From Pseudodesulfovibrio piezophilus C1TLV30 (GTDB lineage: Bacteria > Desulfobacterota > Desulfovibrionia > Desulfovibrionales > Desulfovibrionaceae): a stretch of DNA of 32,000 bases. The notes beneath the pieces were generated by a model. It made no database searches, was not told where the DNA came from, and saw only the letters and a list, made by a program, of their open reading frames with translations. Both the position numbers and the translations under genes were made by a program. This document shows positions 25,932-32,000 of this stretch, one piece after another. The stretch is taken from assembly GCF_000341895.1 (NCBI RefSeq), contig NC_020409.1:1290001-1322000 (forward strand), read 5' to 3'. Within the stretch, counting starts at the first letter, position 1, and every line of letters begins with the position of its first letter.

Positions 25932-25976
25932 ACAAAAATTGCTACGCAAGCCAGAACTCAGCTACCTGCGTAGCAA
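25932..25976 (-). terminator. Rho-independent terminator after the TetR gene
   Basis: ttgctacgca (25939-25948) and tgcgtagcaa (25967-25976) form a perfect 10-bp stem. On the minus strand the stem is followed by TTTTTGT. Confidence 0.6.
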
Positions 25977-26057
25977 TCAACACCACCGAATAGGTATACG
26001 GCAGCCCCGCATCCGACTCACGTCGTCAACTTGGACTCACCGCAGACGATTGAATCT

Positions 26058-26657
26058 TTATTCCGCAAACAAGGATTCAATCTGCGTACAGATCTCTTCA
26101 ACCAGACCCGCGATGTTCAGATCTGGATTCATCACGAGCCGGAGCGGTATCCCGGAGACGGCAAGCATAAGCATTTCAATACGAGCATCTAATGTCTCCG
26201 CTGACCAATGAGGGCGATACTCGGCAGCTATGGTCATGAGCTGTGCCTTGACTGAAGCATCGTGCAAACGCATGGCTTTTGCCACCTCAGGATTCCTGCT
26301 CATCTCAGCCATAATCTCGAACATTATGGCAATCTTCTTGTCACCTGCTTTCAGTTGACACTGCACACGCGTTTGAGTCTGAAGTATTTCCACAACATCA
26401 TCAGTTTCTTCAAAGAGCGTCTGCAACCCCTCCTGAAGGGCCTGTACCTGTGCTTCCACTAGCGCGCAGACAATCGCATCCTTGTTTTCAAAATACCCGT
26501 AGATATTTCCGATACTCATTTTCGCGGTCTTCGAAAGCAATGACATTCCGGCACCGCAAAACCCGTATGTCGCAAAACATTCTTCTGCGGCTTCAAGAAG
26601 TTGCATTTTCCGTGCTCTTGCCCGGTCTTCATCCCGGTGCATTTTTATTGACTGCAA
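26058..26657 (-). CDS. TetR-family transcriptional regulator
   Basis: N-terminal HTH region LLEAAEECFATYGFCGAGMSLLSKTAKMSIGNIYGYFENKDAI. The track start at 26657 is TTG, with AAGGGGG just upstream. ATG 26642 is an alternative start. Confidence 0.85.
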   Translation of the reverse strand: MQSIKMHRDEDRARARKMQLLEAAEECFATYGFCGAGMSLLSKTAKMSIGNIYGYFENKDAIVCALVEAQVQALQEGLQTLFEETDDVVEILQTQTRVQCQLKAGDKKIAIMFEIMAEMSRNPEVAKAMRLHDASVKAQLMTIAAEYRPHWSAETLDARIEMLMLAVSGIPLRLVMNPDLNIAGLVEEICTQIESLFAE

Positions 26658-26705
26658 TCCGCCCCCTTTCCACTTTTTCGGTACGATTCATGTTTGACAG
26701 CACGA

Positions 26706-26735
26706 TAGATAGAACGAGCGATCGTTCTATGTCAA
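26706..26735 (-). promoter_or_regulatory. Candidate tetR promoter with a palindromic operator
   Basis: Perfect 9-bp inverted repeat ATAGAACGA-N4-TCGTTCTAT at 26709-26730. On the minus strand it abuts a perfect TTGACA (26735-26730), with TATCTA 18 nt downstream. Confidence 0.45.
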
Positions 26736-26748
26736 CACCAAACTTATA

Positions 26749-27441
26749 TCATTTTTGTGAATCTTTATGAAACCAAGCAATTGCAGCAACATAAGGACCT
26801 TTCACTTGGACGTTTTGCACTTGAATTTTTCTGCCTCCATGAAAGACAGTTCCCATTTCATTTTGCACACACGGAATCTTTATACTGTCCATAGGCAGTG
26901 CAAGTCCTTGCCCTATTGCCTTATGAACAGCCTCATGCCGGACCCAGCATTGCAGAAAGGCCATATCTGCATCATTGGCCAAGCTTATGCTCAAATGCTC
27001 TTCGGCTGAGAACCATCTGCCACTTATCAATGCAGCCTCGGGGACAGGAGCAATCTTTTCGATATCCACGCCGAGTTCATGCTCCAAGCTGACGCCAAGC
27101 AATGCCCGATTCCCGGAATGGGAAAGGGTAAAATCGAGCTTGCTCTCCGACAGAAAGGGCTTCCCCCCATCCGAATAGACCAAAGGAACCTCACTTCTTT
27201 CACACCCAAGATACCCCGCCAGCACCCCCCTTAGCCACAGACGACATTGAATATATCGATTTCGTGAGAGAGGACACCCGAAAAGGTCAGCCTTTTCCTG
27301 TTCATCTAGGCTCAATCCGTCAAGCATGCTTTGACTGCTCCAACCAGCTTCAATGTCGTCCAACTGCCAGAGATGAATCTCACTTTCAGCAATGAAGAAC
27401 TGACCGTCCCTTCTCCTTTCCAAATTCCAGACTCGCTCCAC
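26749..27441 (-). CDS. Sfp-type 4'-phosphopantetheinyl transferase
   Basis: Motifs FTLSHSGNRALLGVS, GVDIEKI and WVRHEAVHKAIGQG (W/FxxxEAxxKA). GTG start at 27441 with GGAG 7 nt upstream. Confidence 0.85.
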   Translation of the reverse strand: MERVWNLERRRDGQFFIAESEIHLWQLDDIEAGWSSQSMLDGLSLDEQEKADLFGCPLSRNRYIQCRLWLRGVLAGYLGCERSEVPLVYSDGGKPFLSESKLDFTLSHSGNRALLGVSLEHELGVDIEKIAPVPEAALISGRWFSAEEHLSISLANDADMAFLQCWVRHEAVHKAIGQGLALPMDSIKIPCVQNEMGTVFHGGRKIQVQNVQVKGPYVAAIAWFHKDSQK

Positions 27442-27638
27442 TTTTCATCTCCATAGACCAAATACAAATAAAACAATCAATCACCTTAAAAAGTTGCAAA
27501 CAATGATAGCATATCCACTCTTCTCTCTCGATTCTTTTCACGCCCTACGTTCTCAAATATAAATAAAAGAATCTTGTTTTATAGTTTCCTATCCACTTTA
27601 CGCATAGCGTTTCATAATCACTCTTCGACTCGGCTAGA

Positions 27639-27668
27639 TTGATAATGAAAATCAAAATCAATTATCAA
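27639..27668 (+). promoter_or_regulatory. NRPS promoter overlapped by a Fur-box hexamer array
   Basis: GATAATGAAAATCAAAATC (27641-27659) matches the Fur consensus GATAATGATAATCATTATC at 16 of 19 positions and continues as AATTATC. It also reads as the hexamers GATAAT-GAAAAT-CAAAAT-CAATTA. TTGATA (27639-27644) and TATCAA (27663-27668) fit -35 and -10 elements 18 nt apart. Confidence 0.7.
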
Positions 27669-27722
27669 TCTATGGCCTGTTGAGAATCGATTCATGTAAA
27701 CAAGCTATAACAGAGGGATACA

Positions 27723-29430
27723 ATGTACACGACGAACCCGGTCTCTAGTCATCAATTAGTGAATACCTTGACCACAGTACTCGAAGAAACCGCTATTCGG
27801 TTTCCAGACAAGGGCATAACATATGTCAATCCAAGCGGTTCTACCGAGGATTTCCAAAGTTACCCTCAGCTCCTCTTTGAAGGAAAAGCCACTGCACATG
27901 TTTTGTATAAAAAAGGCTTCAAACCCGGAGACCACCTCATCATCGCCGTAGATGATTCAAAAAGTTTCCTGAATATTTTCTGGGGGTGCCTTTATGGGGG
28001 AATTATACCAGCCCCTGTTTCGCATATCCGCACCCCCAACGCAGACTCCATGGAAATTCAAAAGATAGTGAACATCCAAGGAATACTTGATGCTCCTGTT
28101 ATTGCAGAGAGCAGCAATATCGGCGCTTTCAGGGTGCTGGAGGCAGAGCTTGCAAAACGAAAAGGGGAACTGCTTGCATCAGAGACGCTTCTCAACGAAG
28201 CCGAACTCGCTGACATTACTATGGCCGACTTCTATACGCCCTCACCAAATGATATCGCGGTCCTCCAATTCTCTTCCGGTAGTATGGGAATGCCGAAAGG
28301 AGCCAAGCTTACCCACCGCAACCTCTTGGCAAACATCATCGCATTGCAGAATGTCGAACAGGTAACCGATGAAGACACGATGGTCTCATGGCTGCCATAT
28401 TTTCACGATTTCGGTCTCTTCGGCTGCCACCTCATGCCTCTGCACGCCGGTATGAAGCAGGTCAAAATGAGCCCCTTCCAATTTGCGCAACGCCCTTTTC
28501 TCTGGATGCAGAAAATACACGAACACAAGGCAACAGCGACTTCCACCACCAATACAGGGGTGGAGCATCTGCTCTCATACATCAAATTGCGCAAGAAACG
28601 GCTTCCCGAGGTTGATCTCTCCTGCCTCAAGACCTTCACTGTCGGCGCGGAAATGATCTCAGCACAATCATGCATCGACCTTGAGGAAGCCCTCGGTCCA
28701 ATGGGATTTCCCCGCAATATAATCATGCCCGGATACGGATTAACCGAAACCACTCTGGTTGCGACATGCCATCCAAACGGACTTCCCATTCAATCAAGCT
28801 TCATTGACAGAGAAGCAATGGCTTCACGCAACATCGCCCGATATGTGGAACAGACACATGCCAATGCTGCACAATTCACCAATGTTGGGCCAGCAGTCAG
28901 TTTCTGCCATATTCGTATAGTGGATAGCGAAGGAAAAGAACTCCCGGAAAAGCATATCGGGGAAGTGCAGATATCCGGCGAGAACGTTATTACCGAATAT
29001 CATAATGCGCCGGAAGCCACTGCACAGTCCTTTCACGACGAATGGTTTGCAACCGGGGACCTCGGCTTTATGAACAAAGAGAAAGAACTTTTTATCGTTG
29101 GCCGGGGAAAGGAACTTATCATCGTCCGAGGACAAAATTACTACCCTGCGGACATTGAAAAAATCGCCCTCACTGGTTTGGAAGAGAACTTTCGCGTTGT
29201 TGTTGCCTGCGCCGCATACAATGACAAAACATCCCGCGAAGAAACAGTGCTGTTCTATATTCCTGCAAACAAAAAGGAAAATTTGGAAGAGACTGCACAC
29301 GCCCTTATGCGGATCAATGAGAATGTCAGCACCCTCGCAGGATTCAGTATCGACCATTTCATTCCCATGAAGCAGGCGGAAATCCCCCGCACATCCAGCG
29401 GGAAAATAATGAGGAAATACCTCTCTGAAC
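27723..29430 (+). other. NRPS domain: fatty-acyl-AMP-ligase-like adenylation domain
   Basis: The A3-A10 core motifs have FAAL-style variants (WLPxFHDxGL, GRxKELIIVRGQNYYPxDIE). The domain sits at the N-terminus of the protein, directly followed by a carrier. Confidence 0.7.
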
Positions 29431-32000
29431 AATTTCGAGCCAATGCCTTTTCCGAAAAAGCGCTGGCTGTCAAAGAGGCACTGGCAAAGCTCGATGCTCC
29501 AGCCAATCCGGAAACACTGGACCATGAGACAGTGGTACGGGAGGCCTGGTCAGATGTCCTGGCTCTTGATGGTGACACAATCGATCAACACAAAAACCTG
29601 TTCAAACTTGGGGGAGATTCCATCCGTGCCATGCGAATTCAAGCTCGGCTGGAAGACACATATGGGGTCAAGATAGAGAGTAATTTCTGCTATCTGTTCT
29701 CAACCATTGCTGCACAGACAGCCTATTTCGAGACTCGGGACTTCAGCATCGAACCGCCACAAAACGAGCTTGAAGCCATTGTCCAGAAAATCGTGGCCAA
29801 TCACCTCGGTGTCCCCAATGACACGGTTGGTGTGACGGAAAACCTTATCAAACGCATCGGGTCCATTTCCGATATGCTCGCCATTGTAGAAGAAATAAAA
29901 CACTGCTTTGCGGAGGTGCCCTTTACTGACGCATTCCTACAGTGCTCCACACTTCGGGGCATGGCCGAATATTTATGGCCCCTCGTCTTTCCGGCTCCAG
30001 GTGAGCAGGAAGACGAATTCCTGCCGTTGATGCATTTCCAGGAGACTCTCTACTTTCACCACAAAGGATTTGTTCGCAACGAACCAAGCGGCCTCAGTTG
30101 CTACATTTATCTGAATGCCAATATGACAGGCCAATTGGATCTACCGACCTTCAATAAGGCGCTCAACTATGTCGTGAGCCGGCACCCCGTGTTGAGAACT
30201 GTCATAGACGAGGAACAGGCCAAACCTCGTATGCGAGTTCTCGCCGAAGTGCCTGAAATTGAGACAGGCTACATTGAACAAACCCACTTGTCGGAGAAAG
30301 ACCGCGCTGAATACATCCGTTTGCGTGGTCTCGAACATAACGACTACCGCTTTGATGTGACCCAATGGCCCCTATTTTTCTGCGAAATCACCAAATTCGA
30401 AGAGGAGAAGCATGTCTTCATGATGAATATCGACCACCTGCTGGTGGACGGCTACAGCTATATGCAGGTTTTCGAGGAACTCTTCAATACTTACGACAGG
30501 ATGCGCCGAGAGCAACCATGGGAGCTGGAGCCGCCACAAATGACCTTTGGCGACTATGTCCGCATCGAGGGACTGCGCCAACGCACCGCTGAATACCAAC
30601 AAGCCATGAAATTCCAGCTGGAAGTCTTCAAAGACCTGCCGGACAAGGCGACCCTGCCTTTTCGCCGGAACCCGGCCATGCTGAAAAAAGTCGAATTCGA
30701 CACTTTTTACCAGGAGATAGAGCCGGAAATAATCAACGAGCTCAATTCCATCGCAATGGAACACCAGATATCCCTCAATGCCATGCTGCTGGCTGCCTAC
30801 TTCAAACTGATGAATATATGGTGCCATCAGGATGATCTCATCATCAACATGCCAGTGTTCAACCGTGAACAATACTTCGCCGGAGCCCGAAAGACTGTCG
30901 GCAGTTTCATCGACATATTTCCGGTCCGTCTGAAAACATCGTTTGAAGAGCCAATACTGGATATCGCCAAAAAAGCTGAGGCCTTTACCCGAAAGCTTCT
31001 GGAAGTTCCGGTATCCTCGATCGAACTCTCCCGACGCATTTTCGAACGGGAGGGACGCCGAGCGACCTCCATGAGTTCAATTATCTTCAGCAACTCCATC
31101 GGAATGTATGCCGGAGAAGTGAGCAAGATGGAAAGCCTCAAGCTGGATACTCCCGAATTCCGCACCGGCGCTCCAGGCACTTTCATCGATCTTGTCATAT
31201 ACGACTACCGTGCTCGAATGGATCAGGAAGATACCTATTATTTCAACTGGAACTATATCCGGGACAGCTTTGACATTCAATTCATCCAGATTATCTCGGA
31301 GCAATATGAAACTCTCCTCCAACAGGTTATCAGCAGTTCCAGAACACGAGATGAAGAAAGCCAGTTCACATGCGCGGACATCATTCCCGAACAGTACCGT
31401 TCCCTTATTGAGAACGTCAACCAAACCGCAGTCGAGATACCGGAGAAAACACTCCATGAATTGATCGGACAAACCATGGAAAAACATCCAGACAAGACTG
31501 CCATAACATCAAAAGAACAGACCATCAGCTATCAGCAGTTCAACACGCTTTCCGGCGATGTGGCCAGGACACTTGCACAGCATTCCATCGGCAAGGGTGA
31601 TTTCGCGGCCCTGTATATGGGCAGAGACCAGACACTTCCCATGGCTCAGCTGGGGGCCATGCGAGCTGGGGCAGCTTATGTCCCTATAGACATTGATTAT
31701 CCCATAGAACGTATTGCGTATGTATTGGCTGATTCCGGTGCCCGTGTCCTGCTGACACAATCACATCTCCTCGGGGCACTGCAAGAGCATCTCAAGACGG
31801 TTGAATTGATTCTTGTCATGAATGAGGATGTCGAACCACAGGATATCCCATCCTCTCTGCGCGAAAAGACCATCCTTCCCCACGAAGTCTTCACCGAAAA
31901 ACAGGATATTGCTCTCCCGATATGTACACAGGATGACCTCGCTTACATGTTGTATACATCCGGCTCCACCGGCAATCCCAAAGGGGTGATGGTTACTCAC
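27723..32000 (+). CDS. Non-ribosomal peptide synthetase, 5' part (FAAL-like A domain, carrier, carrier-like, C, start of A); continues beyond the window
   Basis: ATG 27723 follows AGAGGGA. My frame-3 translation by eye met no stop through 32000 (1426 codons). Motifs seen in that frame: LQFSSGSMGMPKGAKLTHRNL, WLPYFHDFGLFG, MPGYGLTETT, GRGKELIIVRGQNYYPADIE, IPRTSSGKIMR, LGGDSIRAM, IDHLLVDGYS and LAYMLYTSGSTGNPKGVMVTH. It is not in the ORF track, presumably because it has no stop codon in the window. Confidence 0.9.
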   Translation, partial: MYTTNPVSSHQLVNTLTTVLEETAIRFPDKGITYVNPSGSTEDFQSYPQLLFEGKATAHVLYKKGFKPGDHLIIAVDDSKSFLNIFWGCLYGGIIPAPVSHIRTPNADSMEIQKIVNIQGILDAPVIAESSNIGAFRVLEAELAKRKGELLASETLLNEAELADITMADFYTPSPNDIAVLQFSSGSMGMPKGAKLTHRNLLANIIALQNVEQVTDEDTMVSWLPYFHDFGLFGCHLMPLHAGMKQVKMSPFQFAQRPFLWMQKIHEHKATATSTTNTGVEHLLSYIKLRKKRLPEVDLSCLKTFTVGAEMISAQSCIDLEEALGPMGFPRNIIMPGYGLTETTLVATCHPNGLPIQSSFIDREAMASRNIARYVEQTHANAAQFTNVGPAVSFCHIRIVDSEGKELPEKHIGEVQISGENVITEYHNAPEATAQSFHDEWFATGDLGFMNKEKELFIVGRGKELIIVRGQNYYPADIEKIALTGLEENFRVVVACAAYNDKTSREETVLFYIPANKKENLEETAHALMRINENVSTLAGFSIDHFIPMKQAEIPRTSSGKIMRKYLSEQFRANAFSEKALAVKEALAKLDAPANPETLDHETVVREAWSDVLALDGDTIDQHKNLFKLGGDSIRAMRIQARLEDTYGVKIESNFCYLFSTIAAQTAYFETRDFSIEPPQNELEAIVQKIVANHLGVPNDTVGVTENLIKRIGSISDMLAIVEEIKHCFAEVPFTDAFLQCSTLRGMAEYLWPLVFPAPGEQEDEFLPLMHFQETLYFHHKGFVRNEPSGLSCYIYLNANMTGQLDLPTFNKALNYVVSRHPVLRTVIDEEQAKPRMRVLAEVPEIETGYIEQTHLSEKDRAEYIRLRGLEHNDYRFDVTQWPLFFCEITKFEEEKHVFMMNIDHLLVDGYSYMQVFEELFNTYDRMRREQPWELEPPQMTFGDYVRIEGLRQRTAEYQQAMKFQLEVFKDLPDKATLPFRRNPAMLKKVEFDTFYQEIEPEIINELNSIAMEHQISLNAMLLAAYFKLMNIWCHQDDLIINMPVFNREQYFAGARKTVGSFIDIFPVRLKTSFEEPILDIAKKAEAFTRKLLEVPVSSIELSRRIFEREGRRATSMSSIIFSNSIGMYAGEVSKMESLKLDTPEFRTGAPGTFIDLVIYDYRARMDQEDTYYFNWNYIRDSFDIQFIQIISEQYETLLQQVISSSRTRDEESQFTCADIIPEQYRSLIENVNQTAVEIPEKTLHELIGQTMEKHPDKTAITSKEQTISYQQFNTLSGDVARTLAQHSIGKGDFAALYMGRDQTLPMAQLGAMRAGAAYVPIDIDYPIERIAYVLADSGARVLLTQSHLLGALQEHLKTVELILVMNEDVEPQDIPSSLREKTILPHEVFTEKQDIALPICTQDDLAYMLYTSGSTGNPKGVMVTH
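29520..29735 (+). other. NRPS domain: carrier protein 1 (canonical)
   Basis: FKLGGDSIRAMRIQARLEDTYG, with the phosphopantetheine Ser codon tcc at 29619-29621. Confidence 0.8.
29760..29990 (+). other. NRPS domain: second, atypical carrier-like domain
   Basis: ELEAIVQKIVANHLGVPNDTVGVTENLIKRIGSISDMLAIVEEIKHCF has ACP-like helix spacing. The motif reads GSISD (Ser codons 29862-29864 and 29868-29870) rather than G(x)DS(L/I). Confidence 0.45.
30010..31330 (+). other. NRPS domain: condensation domain (probable lipo-initiation C)
   Basis: Active-site motif MNIDHLLVDGYS at 30432-30452 (DHxxxDG, first His replaced by Asp). It is positioned between the acyl carriers and the first amino-acid A domain. 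Confidence 0.7.
31390..32000 (+). other. NRPS domain: amino-acid adenylation domain, N-terminal part
   Basis: LHELIGQTMEKHPDKTAITSKEQTISYQQFN (A1), AGAAYVPIDIDYPIERIAYVLADSG (A2), LAYMLYTSGSTGNPKGV (A3). The specificity-conferring residues lie beyond the window. Confidence 0.85.

Noticed and set aside
27500-27517. AACAATGATAGCATATCC as a possible extra Fur box for the PPTase promoter.
   Set aside because: Only the AATGATA half matches the consensus. The second half needs a gap and several mismatches.
28824-29525. 233-aa minus-strand ORF, plus 28403-28789, 29255-29578, 30372-30872, 30827-31198, 31077-31487 and 31761-32000 on the minus strand.
   Set aside because: All lie antisense to the NRPS reading frame, which carries ordered canonical A, T and C motifs. 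The antisense translations have no recognisable motifs and look like shadow ORFs.
1-32000. I looked for CRISPR arrays, tRNA/rRNA genes, IS elements, integrases, toxin-antitoxin pairs and phage-defence-type gene sets.
   Set aside because: I saw no spaced direct-repeat arrays, no cloverleaf-like or rRNA-like segments, and no transposase or integrase motifs in any long ORF. Every long ORF is accounted for by transport, regulation or biosynthesis functions.

Overview
The window is one continuous iron-acquisition and metallophore-biosynthesis locus from a Gram-negative bacterium. I saw no rRNA, tRNA, CRISPR array, transposase or integrase. All homology calls come from motifs read by eye; no database search was run.

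Left part, plus strand: the last 53 codons of a TonB-dependent receptor, then an fhuCDB-like ABC importer. After that come an MFS permease split by a frameshift next to a T10 tract, an AT3/SGNH acyltransferase, and a YhhS/YfcJ-like MFS.

Centre, minus strand, 17195 down to 9363: eight tightly packed genes, several with overlapping stop and start codons, sit behind a promoter with an embedded Fur-box dyad. They encode:
- an ICMT/PEMT-type membrane methyltransferase
- a serine-less carrier-like domain fused to a thioesterase with a Cys nucleophile (GHCYG)
- two saccharopine-dehydrogenase-family oxidoreductases
- two LCMT/TcmP-fold methyltransferase proteins, one of them degenerate
- a membrane-anchored lipase-like hydrolase
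- a CysK-fold PLP enzyme

I know of no siderophore pathway with this enzyme set, so it is my best candidate for an undescribed system.

Right part: an AraC regulator, a HlyD-type adaptor, two exporter-fold ABC half-transporters and a second TonB-dependent receptor form another Fur-box-fronted minus-strand unit. A TetR regulator with a palindromic operator and an Sfp-type phosphopantetheinyl transferase follow.

Divergent from those, behind a strong Fur-box array, a large NRPS gene starts at 27723 and runs off the window at 32000. Its domain order is fatty-acyl-AMP-ligase-like A domain, carrier, second atypical carrier, C domain, then the start of an A domain. This ORF is missing from the supplied ORF track because it has no stop codon in the window.
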